Positions 27,302 through 36,653 of a stretch of DNA of 64,000 nt are shown here, piece by piece. The notes under the pieces were generated by a model. It worked only from the letters and a program-made list of their open reading frames with translations. It was not told the origin of the DNA and did not search any database. The first letter of the stretch is position 1; each line of letters opens with the position of its first letter. The stretch lies in NCBI GenBank assembly GCA_001775055.1, contig MFBU01000014.1:120535-184534 (forward strand), in the 5' to 3' direction. A program made the position numbers and the translations under genes. This DNA comes from Candidatus Curtissbacteria bacterium RIFCSPLOWO2_02_41_11. Lineage in GTDB: Bacteria > Patescibacteriota > Microgenomatia > Curtissbacterales > GWA2-41-24.

Positions 27302-28846
27302 ATGCTTGCCAAAGTCACTTCTGCCGCAGTTATCGGACTTGATGCAGTTCCCATTACTGTTGAGGTTGACATCGCAGCAATGGGTTTGCCCTCCTTTACT
27401 ATTGTTGGCCTTCCGGATAAAGCGGTTGAGGAATCAAAAGAAAGAGTCCGTGCTGCTCTTAAAAACTCCGGCGCCGATCTGCCGCCAAAGCGTATTACCG
27501 TCAATCTTGCTCCCGCAGATTTGCCCAAAGAAGGTCCAGCATATGACTTGCCGATCGCCTTGGGTATTTTAATGGCTTCAGAACAATTGACAGCTCGGGA
27601 TCTGTCCGATTCTATTTTCTTAGGAGAGCTTTCACTTGACGGATCAGTCCGCAGAATCTGGGGAGTTTTACCATGCGTACTTCTTGCCAGAGAGAAAAAA
27701 TTCATTAATTGTTTTATACCCAAAGAAAATATTGCTGAAGCGCAAGTTGTTGATAAAATTAATATTTTTCCGGTTGCAAACCTAAAACAACTCTTTAATC
27801 ATTATTCAACTTCTCACTTGCCGGAAATCAATCGAAAGCAAATCGTACCAGCAAAATTTCAAAAACAAAAATTTACAAATATACACGATAGCGAATATGA
27901 TTTTGAAAATATCCGGGGTCAGGAGTCTGCCAAAAGGGCCCTAGAGATTGCAGCTGCCGGCGGCCATAATGTTTTGATGAAAGGACCACCCGGTGCCGGT
28001 AAAACCTTAATGGCCAGATCCTTTGCCACCATTTTGCCAAAACTGACTTTCGAGGAAAGTCTGGAAGTAACCAAAATTTATTCGGTCGCAAACCTGCTGA
28101 ATCAGTCGAATCCAATAATATTATCAAGACCAATCCGTAGTCCCCATCATACGACCAGTAATATCGGTTTAATTGGTGGAGGAAATATTCCAAGGCCTGG
28201 CGAGATTTCCCTTGCCCATCGCGGGGTTCTTTTCTTGGATGAATTCCCAGAATTCCCCAGACACGTTCTTGAGGCTCTTCGCCAACCTATGGAAGATGGG
28301 CATGTAACTATTTCTCGAGCTGCGGGCTCTGTTAAATTTCCTTGTCGATTTACTTTAATTGCCGCTTCCAATCCTTGTCCCTGCGGATTTTTTGGCGATG
28401 AAACCAGAAATTGTACCTGTATGCCGCATATGATCACCCGCTATCAAAAAAGAATCTCCGGACCGATTTTAGACAGGATTGACATGCACATATCAGTCCC
28501 GGCTGTTAAAGTCGAAAAATTAACCGGCAAATTTCAGGCCGAGTCATCATCACAGATTCAAAAACGAGTTCAGAGAGCTCGCGACTTTCAGCTTAAAAGA
28601 TTCAAAGGTTTAAAAATTACCTCAAATTCCGAGATGAACAATAAACAATTAAAGCAATTCTGCAATCTCGATGATCAATCAATTCTCCTTTTAAAACAAG
28701 CAATCTCCAAACTCAATCTTTCTGCCAGAGCCTTTCACAGAGTAATTAAAATCGCCCGCACAATTGCAGACCTTGAAGGTTCCATCAAAATTCAATCCAA
28801 TCACGTCGCAGAGGCACTACAATACCGTCCTCAGGTCGATAGTTAG
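27302..28846 (+). CDS. comM: YifB/ComM-family Mg-chelatase-like AAA+ ATPase
   Basis: MLAKVTSAAVIGLDAVPITVEVDIA N-terminus. Walker A MKGPPGAGKT. Walker B LFLDEFPEF. C-terminal helix ARAFHRVIKIARTIADLEG. About 510 aa. Confidence 0.85.
   Translation: MLAKVTSAAVIGLDAVPITVEVDIAAMGLPSFTIVGLPDKAVEESKERVRAALKNSGADLPPKRITVNLAPADLPKEGPAYDLPIALGILMASEQLTARDLSDSIFLGELSLDGSVRRIWGVLPCVLLAREKKFINCFIPKENIAEAQVVDKINIFPVANLKQLFNHYSTSHLPEINRKQIVPAKFQKQKFTNIHDSEYDFENIRGQESAKRALEIAAAGGHNVLMKGPPGAGKTLMARSFATILPKLTFEESLEVTKIYSVANLLNQSNPIILSRPIRSPHHTTSNIGLIGGGNIPRPGEISLAHRGVLFLDEFPEFPRHVLEALRQPMEDGHVTISRAAGSVKFPCRFTLIAASNPCPCGFFGDETRNCTCMPHMITRYQKRISGPILDRIDMHISVPAVKVEKLTGKFQAESSSQIQKRVQRARDFQLKRFKGLKITSNSEMNNKQLKQFCNLDDQSILLLKQAISKLNLSARAFHRVIKIARTIADLEGSIKIQSNHVAEALQYRPQVDS
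28481..28846 (+). repeat. left copy of 366-bp direct repeat (comM 3' end). Core 28487-28771 is 100% identical to 32405-32689. The last 75 nt are diverged.
   Basis: Direct comparison of the two stretches in the sequence. Confidence 0.9.
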
Positions 28847-29063
28847 AAACATTAATTTGTAATATCGCACAACTTATTGCCTATTTTTAAGATAAATTTG
28901 ACCTTGATAGCACTCCTTGATATGCTTAGCTTCGTAATTAGCAGGCTAATTAATATGTCTGCTTAACTTTGAAAATATTTTTGATTATGTCAAATTTGAA
29001 TTTACTTCTTATTTAAGCAGGTTTATTTCTTCAGTATTACTGCATATTTACTAAAATTAGAAT

Positions 29064-31271
29064 ATGAAAATTGCATTTATCGCATCATTTGTACCACGCA
29101 AATGTGGTGTTGCCACATACACGAGAGATCTTTCTTTGGAAATACACAAAAAACGTATTCCTATCTCAATTTTTGCAATGGAAAATCCCATGATTCCTAC
29201 TGTATATGCTCCTCCGGTAATGGAAACTATTCAACAAGAAAAAATCGCTGATTACCAAAAAGTTGCAAAACTTCTAAATTCCAGCTCTGTTGATATTGTG
29301 CATTTGCAGCACGAGTTTGGTCTCTTTGGAGGAGCAGATGGTGAATATATCCTGGATCTTGCATCACTACTTAATAAACCACTCGTAGTTACATTCCATA
29401 CAGTACTACTAACACCAACGGAGCATCAGAAATACATTATTCAAGAACTTACACGGTTGTCAAGAAACGTGATTATTATGGATGAAGTGGCAAACAACCG
29501 ACTAGAACAGGTATACGGACTTAACCCCAGCGATAGCGTTTTTATACTGCATGGCGCTCCAATTACTACGATGAAGAAGGATGTTGCAAAAAAAATTATT
29601 AATTTTCCTTACACATTTATTTTACTTGCAAATAATCTGCTCAGTAGAAATAAAGGTATTGAATATGCAATCGAAGCAGTCGCACAAGCTGTTTTAAAAA
29701 TACCAAATTTAGTATTTCTTGTATTAGGAGAAACACATCCTCTTGTCAAAAAAACTGAAGGCGAATCATACAGAGAAGAGCTTATGGAGCAAGTTATTAA
29801 ATTAAAACTCGAAAAGCATATTATCTTTATAAACAAATATTTACCACTTGAGCAGTTGCAAATATATTTGGCTGCTGCTGATGTATATATTACTCCTTAC
29901 CTTGATCCTCAACAAATTACATCAGGTACGCTCTCATATGCAATTGGCGCTGGAAAAGCGTGCATCTCAACTGAGTTCATATATGCCAAAGATATTCTCG
30001 CAAAAGGCCAAGGTATACTGGTGCAGTTTCGTGATAGTAATGCAATTGCAAAGGCTCTTGTCCAATTGTATAAAGATCCAAAAAAGCTTCGAAAATTAGA
30101 AACGAATGCTACTAACCTACGAAAAGATATGCGTTGGTCGCGCGTTGCCCAAAAACATATCTTACTCTACGAAAAAATTCTGCAACTGAATGATTCACAA
30201 ACAATAGCTAAAAAAATTCTACGTGCTCCGCTTGATATTTCATACCTCTCTCATTTAACTGATGCTGTCGGTGTGATTCAGCATACACATCACATCATTC
30301 CAGATAGAAAATTTGGATATAGTACCGACGATAATGCACGGGCACTCATCGTAGTGTCGCAGTTATATAAACAACATAAAACAGACGACATTTTGAAACT
30401 TATCAAACTTTATGTGACTTTTTTAAAATTTGCTCAAAGTGCAAATGGCAAATTTCATACATTTCTCAATTTCAACCGAAGCTGGGACGACACAACCGAT
30501 GTTACCGATCCATATGGAAAAGCCATGTGGGCATTAGGCTTTAATTTATATCTTAACGACAATCCACCTTTTGCACAGTCTGTCCACTCTCTTTTTGTCA
30601 TGAATCTAGAACAGATGGATAATATCCGCGATCTAAGAACTGCAGCTTACACGATGCTTGGGCTGTACTATTATATTCTGACGTATGAATCAAAGACAGA
30701 TGCTGCAGTACAAGCAAGCGTTTATCTGAAAAAATTAGCTGATTTTCTCATTGGCGCATATGAAAAAAGCCACACAACCAGTTGGGATTGGTTTGAAGAT
30801 ACAGTTACATATGATAATTTCCGTCTTCCGCAGGCACTTTTTGCAGCTTACATGATTACCCGAAACGTTAAATATAAAAAGGTTGCAAACTTAACTCTGC
30901 AATTTATCACAAATTGCAATTATGATAAACAGAAGAGTTATTTTGACTTTATCGGACAAGATGGTTGGTATGTAAAAGGAGAAAAAAAGGCAGAGTATGA
31001 CCAGCAACCACTTGAAGCTGCGGCAGCAGTTGATGCATATGTATTTGCTGCTAAGGCATTACATAAAAAAAATTATCTAAGTCGTGCACTTCTTGCATTC
31101 GAGTGGTTTTTTGGCAATAACCGCAATCATAGATATATCTATGATGAAAATACTAAGGGTGTTTTTGACGGGCTTACCAAAAGAGGCGTCAATCAAAATG
31201 AAGGTGCAGAATCAACCGTTTGTTTTTTGATGTCTTGTTTTTCTTTACAACACTCCCTAAAAAAGATTTAG
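29064..31271 (+). CDS. bifunctional-looking glycosyltransferase: N-terminal GT4 (group 1) domain fused to about 350-aa C-terminal domain of unknown (possibly glycosidase-like) function
   Basis: MKIAFIASFVPRKCGVATYTRDL and the GT4 C-terminal EX7E-like region (GTLSYAIGAGKACISTEF). Size is 735 aa. Located inside the comM-flanked insertion. Confidence 0.55.
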   Translation: MKIAFIASFVPRKCGVATYTRDLSLEIHKKRIPISIFAMENPMIPTVYAPPVMETIQQEKIADYQKVAKLLNSSSVDIVHLQHEFGLFGGADGEYILDLASLLNKPLVVTFHTVLLTPTEHQKYIIQELTRLSRNVIIMDEVANNRLEQVYGLNPSDSVFILHGAPITTMKKDVAKKIINFPYTFILLANNLLSRNKGIEYAIEAVAQAVLKIPNLVFLVLGETHPLVKKTEGESYREELMEQVIKLKLEKHIIFINKYLPLEQLQIYLAAADVYITPYLDPQQITSGTLSYAIGAGKACISTEFIYAKDILAKGQGILVQFRDSNAIAKALVQLYKDPKKLRKLETNATNLRKDMRWSRVAQKHILLYEKILQLNDSQTIAKKILRAPLDISYLSHLTDAVGVIQHTHHIIPDRKFGYSTDDNARALIVVSQLYKQHKTDDILKLIKLYVTFLKFAQSANGKFHTFLNFNRSWDDTTDVTDPYGKAMWALGFNLYLNDNPPFAQSVHSLFVMNLEQMDNIRDLRTAAYTMLGLYYYILTYESKTDAAVQASVYLKKLADFLIGAYEKSHTTSWDWFEDTVTYDNFRLPQALFAAYMITRNVKYKKVANLTLQFITNCNYDKQKSYFDFIGQDGWYVKGEKKAEYDQQPLEAAAAVDAYVFAAKALHKKNYLSRALLAFEWFFGNNRNHRYIYDENTKGVFDGLTKRGVNQNEGAESTVCFLMSCFSLQHSLKKI

Positions 31272-32177
31272 CACTAATTTTTTTTCGACAGTAGCAACTC
31301 CTATCACACGATCAGCAGCACCATAGTAGACGTAATAGATACCACCCTTTTCGATTGCTCCGCAGGTAAATACGACATTGGGAACAAAACCAAATGTTTC
31401 ATAATCAGTTTCAGGTTCAAATATCGGTTCTGGTGAACGATATAAGATTTTTGTTGGGTCATTCCTATCAAGAAACATGATGCCCAATCTGTAGATATTT
31501 TCTTCATCAACACCATGATAAAAAAGAAGCCACCCTTTTTCGGTTTCTATAGGAGGCGAGCCGATACCAGTTCGCTTACTATCCCAAAACCCTGCTCGAT
31601 TATTAAAGACGGGATATACTTGCGGCCACAAGTTGAGTTGATCTGATTTTGCAAAATAGCTTATGCTGTTTTCTTTCCTATAAAGAAGCCAATACTCACC
31701 GTTTATTTTTTTGGGAAATAAACTCGCATTTTTTCCCACTATATAAGGCAGGATAATACCGTGTTCATGGAAAGATCTAAAGTCTTTTGTTGAAATCATA
31801 GCGATATGGGCTACCATGTTAATTAATTCTGGCCAATTGGGATTTATTTTTCCTTGTGGGTTTTCGGAGACTATTGTAAACGTTATAAAAAACATATCAT
31901 TTATTTTTACGATTCGAGGATCTTCGACACCAAGTTTTCTAAATTTTTCTTCTCTTGCGAAGTAGACAGGCTTTTCTCTTCGTTCGAAATGAATTCCATC
32001 ATGACTTGTGGATAGACCAAAGCGTGAAGTAGACTCGTTTTTTCCTCGCGCTCTGTAAAGAAGATATACAATATCCTTTGATACAACTGCACCAGGGTTG
32101 AAAACAAGCCTATTCTCCCATGATAAATTCGACGGCGTAAGAATGGGATTTTCTTTTGCGCGGGTAAGCTTGACCAT
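31257..32177 (-). CDS. GH130-family glycoside phosphorylase/hydrolase (beta-mannoside phosphorylase-like, DUF377)
   Basis: N-terminus ENPILTPSNLSWENRLVFNPGAVV and a 5-bladed propeller-like pattern typical of GH130. About 300 aa. Confidence 0.65.
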   Translation of the reverse strand: MVKLTRAKENPILTPSNLSWENRLVFNPGAVVSKDIVYLLYRARGKNESTSRFGLSTSHDGIHFERREKPVYFAREEKFRKLGVEDPRIVKINDMFFITFTIVSENPQGKINPNWPELINMVAHIAMISTKDFRSFHEHGIILPYIVGKNASLFPKKINGEYWLLYRKENSISYFAKSDQLNLWPQVYPVFNNRAGFWDSKRTGIGSPPIETEKGWLLFYHGVDEENIYRLGIMFLDRNDPTKILYRSPEPIFEPETDYETFGFVPNVVFTCGAIEKGGIYYVYYGAADRVIGVATVEKKLVLNLF

Positions 32178-32398
32178 AAAAATAGTTTATACCTAAAATA
32201 CTTCAACTTGCATCTATTAAAAAGAATTTTAGGTACATAATCGGTTAACGAGAGTTGCAAACTCGAGTTAAACGAGTTTATATCACTTGTTATAACGGCA
32301 CAATACTACCGGGGTGTGGGACTTGCCTAGGCAAAGTAGAAATTTTCTCACCGAAAAACTAATGCGAAAAGAGAAGAAAAGCTCGCGATAAAGGGGTC

Positions 32399-32764
32399 GA
32401 CATACACATATCAGTCCCGGCTGTTAAAGTCGAAAAATTAACCGGCAAATTTCAGGCCGAGTCATCATCACAGATTCAAAAACGAGTTCAGAGAGCTCGC
32501 GACTTTCAGCTTAAAAGATTCAAAGGTTTAAAAATTACCTCAAATTCCGAGATGAACAATAAACAATTAAAGCAATTCTGCAATCTCGATGATCAATCAA
32601 TTCTCCTTTTAAAACAAGCAATCTCCAAACTCAATCTTTCTGCCAGAGCCTTTCACAGAGTAATTAAAATCGCCCGCACAATTGCAGACTTAGAAGGATC
32701 AGAAAAGATTAAATCAAACCACGTCGCAGAAGCCCTGCAGTATAGACCACAAGTGGATAGTTAG
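32399..32764 (+). pseudogene. comM: duplicated 3' fragment of comM (right copy of direct repeat). Encodes only the last about 120 codons, with no start context.
   Basis: Identical to comM codons about 395-490, then a diverged tail (LEGSEKIKSNHVAEALQYRPQVDS versus LEGSIKIQSNHVAEALQYRPQVDS). The tracked ORF 32552..32764 lies within it. Confidence 0.7.
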
Positions 32765-32781
32765 TCTGTTAGAATAAACGA

Positions 32782-33402
32782 GTGAAGAGACTTGTTATCA
32801 TTTCAGTAATTTTTATCCTTGTTTTTATAATTGCTTCTATAATTACAGCGATTATTATTAGCTTTACGGTTGTAAAGCCGACCACAGAGGCAATCAATCA
32901 AAAACTTGCCGAGCATTTTGCAAAGATTGTGCGTATTCCTAAAGGTATTCTGCCTCCAAATATCGGGTTTGACTTAACAAGTTATTCATGGGAAATGGAA
33001 ACTATCGAGAAAGAAGTAACCGGAATTAAGTTCAGTTATAATCCTGCTTTTGTCAGAAACCAAAGCGTTATATTAGCTACTTTAGAAATGCCCGAAGGAG
33101 GGGACGTCAGCATTTTTAATAAGGTCTTGGGTGCGGTTGTTTCCGATAAACAATCGCTAAATTCTGCGCTTGATATTGAGAAAGCAAATTTATCGGCAAA
33201 TCAGGATGCCGGATATAGTAAAATTAACCTTTCAATTAAGCCGGAAACCAAACAAACAATCAAAATAACTTGGGAATACGATAAAAGTAAGCTGGGCAAT
33301 GATCTAAGTCAAGACTATGCTAAACTTGCTAAATACCCCCCGTCGCTGTTAGGGATATTTTACGGTTTGCCCCACTTAATCATAGGACTGCTTGGAGGCT
33401 AA
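32782..33402 (+). CDS. membrane-anchored hypothetical protein
   Basis: N-terminal TM helix followed by about 170 aa of soluble sequence. No motif recognised. Confidence 0.35.
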   Translation: MKRLVIISVIFILVFIIASIITAIIISFTVVKPTTEAINQKLAEHFAKIVRIPKGILPPNIGFDLTSYSWEMETIEKEVTGIKFSYNPAFVRNQSVILATLEMPEGGDVSIFNKVLGAVVSDKQSLNSALDIEKANLSANQDAGYSKINLSIKPETKQTIKITWEYDKSKLGNDLSQDYAKLAKYPPSLLGIFYGLPHLIIGLLGG

Positions 33403-33480
33403 TTGTCTCTAGAAAAAACCCCACTAGATCACTTTCGTAATTTGTCTTGGGGCTTTTTCTATATCTATGCTTGAAGATTA

Positions 33481-33621
33481 CTAACCACCAATTTTAAACA
33501 TGGTCGTGCCGCAAACTGGACATTTCCCTTTCATTGCTGGTTTGCCGTTTTTCATGGTTACTTTTTGAGCATTGGGGTCGTCCCTCTTTTCGCGGCACTT
33601 AACGCAGTACATCTGAGTCAT
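33481..33621 (-). CDS. 46-aa zinc-ribbon protein (CxxC...CxxC), not in the supplied ORF track
   Basis: Minus-strand ORF MTQMYCVKCREKRDDPNAQKVTMKNGKPAMKGKCPVCGTTMFKIGG. AGGAGGTG Shine-Dalgarno sits 7 nt upstream (plus-strand cctcct at 33633-33638). Four Cys in two CxxC pairs. Confidence 0.5.
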   Translation of the reverse strand: MTQMYCVKCREKRDDPNAQKVTMKNGKPAMKGKCPVCGTTMFKIGG

Positions 33622-33726
33622 TCTTTTAATCACCTCCTTAGGCAGTCAAGTCTTGAAGTTCTAGGTTCATTCTGAGGCTACCTAGCTTCGATTAGCTTCA
33701 ACCATAGCACAGGCTTGAAGCTAAAG

Positions 33727-34014
33727 TCAAGGGAGCGCAATATTGGGCAAAAATTGACGAAGTAGTACGAGGGCAACCTGAACAGTAATAATTACGGCAG
33801 TCAGGACCATAATTTTTAAAAGATCGCCCCTAACGTAGCTATAGTCACCCTCAATTTTTTTGGTTAAATTGTGAGTTTGGTTTGACAACGGGGAAGCCTT
33901 TAATGTTGTCTTTTCAGTTACTTCTTGAGCCGAGTTGGTACTGGTTTTAGTTTCGATAAAAGTAAAACGACGAGCAGCGGCAGCAATTTTCTCTCTCTTA
34001 GTCCTAAACGGCAT
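33727..34014 (-). CDS. small tail-anchored hypothetical protein
   Basis: 95 aa, hydrophilic N-terminus and a C-terminal TM helix. Divergent from the next gene. Confidence 0.25.
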   Translation of the reverse strand: MPFRTKREKIAAAARRFTFIETKTSTNSAQEVTEKTTLKASPLSNQTHNLTKKIEGDYSYVRGDLLKIMVLTAVIITVQVALVLLRQFLPNIALP

Positions 34015-34170
34015 CTTATTTTGGATATCTTAACACATTATAATCAGTCCGAAAAAAATATTTGTAACTTGGCACTATGACGATTTGAGTTTCTTAAAAC
34101 CCTGACTGCGGGATTGACAATTTTAATACCTGCATGGTAAAAGAAGGGGTACTAAATTTATCCAAAGTTT

Positions 34171-34641
34171 ATGTGGCAACAGGTAGGAGCCACTGAGTAT
34201 TTAATAGCGGGACTGGCAATTTGGCTTGCGATTTTAAGTATCTTTCTATTTAAAACAATCAGTCATTACCGAAAACTTACAAAAGGGGTAAAAGGACAAA
34301 CACTGGATAAAGTTTTAGAAGAGATTATCGACAAACTTAATTTACATGATCAACAGAAACAACAGCTCATCAAACATATTCAAAAACTCGAAGATTGGCA
34401 AAAGATTTGTTTTTCCAAGCATGCACTCATCCGTTTCAACCCTTTTGAAGACACTGGTGGTGATCAAAGTTTTGTTTTAAGCCTGCTTGATGGGACTAAC
34501 AATGGAGTGGTCATCTCATCTTTGCATTCAAGAGGCGGAACCAGAGTTTATGCCAAAGGGGTTTTCGGTGCCAAACCGACAACCCACCCGTTTTCCAAGG
34601 AGGAAAAAGAGGTAGTTGAAAAAGCTGCCCGCCAAGTCTGA
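34171..34641 (+). CDS. membrane-anchored protein, DUF4446-like
   Basis: N-terminal TM, coiled region, then RFNPFEDTGGDQSFVLSLLD...GVVISSLHSRGGTRVYAKG, which resembles the DUF4446 conserved block (by memory). Confidence 0.4.
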   Translation: MWQQVGATEYLIAGLAIWLAILSIFLFKTISHYRKLTKGVKGQTLDKVLEEIIDKLNLHDQQKQQLIKHIQKLEDWQKICFSKHALIRFNPFEDTGGDQSFVLSLLDGTNNGVVISSLHSRGGTRVYAKGVFGAKPTTHPFSKEEKEVVEKAARQV

Positions 34642-34659
34642 CTTGGCAACAAAATAACT

Positions 34660-35787
34660 TTGAATAAGAAAAAACTGCTACTTATTATTGCCGGAGCGTT
34701 GGTTTTATATTTAGCCTCGGCCGGACTATCTTATATGGTTTTTAATACGGTTTTAAAAGGACCGGTCAATATCGTTACACCTTTTGGCAGTCTAACTGAT
34801 GTTACTTCCCAACAAGAAGAAGGTTCTAAGGATAAGCCCTGCCCATTAAACGGCGCTCTTTACACCAAAAGTAGGCAAGAGAAATGGCAGGAAAGAAGGC
34901 CGCTTGGCGTGATGGTTGAAAACCATCTGGATTCAAGACCATCGCTCGGTTTGTCCCGTGCCGATGTAATCTATGAAGCTGTTGCCGAAGGCGGCATTAC
35001 CAGATTTTTGGCACTTTATCTTTGCCAAGACGCTGGCGATATCGCACCTGTCAGATCCGCCAGAACTTACTTTTTGGATTGGGTGTTGGAATATAATGCA
35101 CTCTATGCTCATGTCGGCGGCGCCAATACGCCCGGACCGGCAGACGCTCTTGGTCAAATTAGACAATATGGAATTTTAGATATGGATCAGTTTGGTTTAG
35201 GCTTTCCGACTTACTGGCGAGGGACGGATAAACTTGCTCCTCACAATGTTCATTCAACCACCAAAAAACTTTGGGAAGCAGCAGAAGAAAGAGGTTTTGG
35301 TCCAAAAGATGAAAAAGGCAATCGTTGGGACAAGAATTTTATAGAGTGGAAATTTAAAGACGATGCTTCACTTAATGACCGTGGCGATCAAAAACCAGTG
35401 GCCGTACCTTTTTGGACGCAAGCTCCTGATTACACGGTAACTTGGCAATATGATAAAAATGCCAATTTATATCGCCGATTTCACGACCAAGCAGCTCAAA
35501 ATGATCCAATAACCAATGAGCAGCTTTCTGCCAAAAACGTAATCGTCCAGTTTCAGACTGAAAGAACCGCCAACGACGGATATCCTGATGGCCATCTGCT
35601 TTACGGCACGACCGGGTCCGGCAATGCACTTATTTTTATGGATGGTAAAGTAGTCAAGGGAAAATGGATCAAGAAAGACAGAACGTCAAGAACTCAATAT
35701 GTCGACGAGCGCGGCAAAGAAGTTCAATTTAATAGAGGACTTATTTGGATCGAAACTGTACCTGTTGGCAATGTTGTCGAGTATTAA
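34660..35787 (+). CDS. DUF3048-domain secreted protein (YerB-like)
   Basis: Signal anchor. RPLGVMVENHLDSRPSLGLSRADVIYEAVAEGGITRFLALY matches the DUF3048 N-terminal block. Confidence 0.6.
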   Translation: MNKKKLLLIIAGALVLYLASAGLSYMVFNTVLKGPVNIVTPFGSLTDVTSQQEEGSKDKPCPLNGALYTKSRQEKWQERRPLGVMVENHLDSRPSLGLSRADVIYEAVAEGGITRFLALYLCQDAGDIAPVRSARTYFLDWVLEYNALYAHVGGANTPGPADALGQIRQYGILDMDQFGLGFPTYWRGTDKLAPHNVHSTTKKLWEAAEERGFGPKDEKGNRWDKNFIEWKFKDDASLNDRGDQKPVAVPFWTQAPDYTVTWQYDKNANLYRRFHDQAAQNDPITNEQLSAKNVIVQFQTERTANDGYPDGHLLYGTTGSGNALIFMDGKVVKGKWIKKDRTSRTQYVDERGKEVQFNRGLIWIETVPVGNVVEY

Positions 35788-36032
35788 ACAAACATTTTCG
35801 GTCTGCTGGAGGTCCTACCTTTAAAGAACTGCCATATTAATCTGCTCAGTAATTTCTAATTTTAAATTTGAAATTTTTAATCAATATTTAATTTTAAAAT
35901 TACAAACATTTAAGTTTCAATATCAGCAATGCTAAAGCATTCGGATATATCAGGAAAGCCTCGCTTCATACCGAAAGCTTGAAGTAAATGGCTGATATAA
36001 AAATTGAAAATTATAAATCGAAAATTTAAACA

Positions 36033-36611
36033 ATGTTAGTTGATATTTTAATTTCAAAAGTCAGGGTTAAGGTCTTAGAGCTTTTTTTAGGAAATCCCGG
36101 TCAAATCTATCATGTCAGGGACATAGTCAGAAGAGTCGATGAAGAGATTAATGCCGTCAGGCGCGAATTGGCAAGGCTTGAAAAAACCGGACTTCTAACA
36201 AGTGAATGGCGTGCCAATCGCCGGTTCTATGCAATCCGCCGCGAGTTTATTTTCTTTAACGAACTTTTATCGATTATCAATAAAAGTGTTGGACTCGGCG
36301 GGGCAATTATCGCCAATAAACAAAAACTTGGCAAAATAAAATATGCAATGCTTTCAAGCTCGTTTGTCAAAGGCAAGCCTTACACTCAAAATGATGTCGA
36401 TTTATTTGTAGTCGGCACCATCGTTTTACCGGAATTAGGTGCAATTATCCGCGAGGAAGAGGCCAGACGCGCAAGAGAAATAAATTTTACACCGATGGCC
36501 GAAGAGGAATTTAATTTCCGCAAGAATCGTCGTGATCCTTTTGTGATGGGAATTTTGGCAAAACCGCGTGTGATGTTAATCGGCGATGAAGAAGAAATGG
36601 TTAAACTTTAA
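36033..36611 (+). CDS. winged-helix transcriptional regulator with C-terminal nucleotidyltransferase-like domain
   Basis: HTH-like VRDIVRRVDEEINAVRRELARLEKTGLL. Downstream DVDLFVVG (minimal NTase-like motif). Confidence 0.45.
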   Translation: MLVDILISKVRVKVLELFLGNPGQIYHVRDIVRRVDEEINAVRRELARLEKTGLLTSEWRANRRFYAIRREFIFFNELLSIINKSVGLGGAIIANKQKLGKIKYAMLSSSFVKGKPYTQNDVDLFVVGTIVLPELGAIIREEEARRAREINFTPMAEEEFNFRKNRRDPFVMGILAKPRVMLIGDEEEMVKL

Positions 36612-36653
36612 CTTTAAGATACGCTTTCCCCAATTTTAGTATAATTCTGATTA

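Noticed and set aside
27280-27723. 147-aa minus-strand ORF, plus many other 60-120-aa ORFs in the track lying antisense to or inside well-supported genes (for example 1801-2037, 4146-4448, 11385-11696, 13480-13791, 21129-21344, 24818-25105, 28147-28437, 37592-37891, 46391-46744, 48199-48408, 53409-53783, 55184-55552, 61426-61704).
   Set aside because: Each is fully embedded in a longer ORF with clear family motifs on the other strand or frame. They have no start context or motifs and skewed composition typical of shadow ORFs.
31907-32260. 117-aa minus-strand ORF overlapping the 5' end of the GH130 gene and its upstream region.
   Set aside because: It is out of frame with the GH130 gene, which has a strong family N-terminus starting at 32177. 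No motifs.
33410-33466. Possible bidirectional terminator between convergent genes (ccccA ... Tgggg with flanking A/T runs).
   Set aside because: The stem is only 5 bp with a roughly 24-nt loop, too weak to call confidently.
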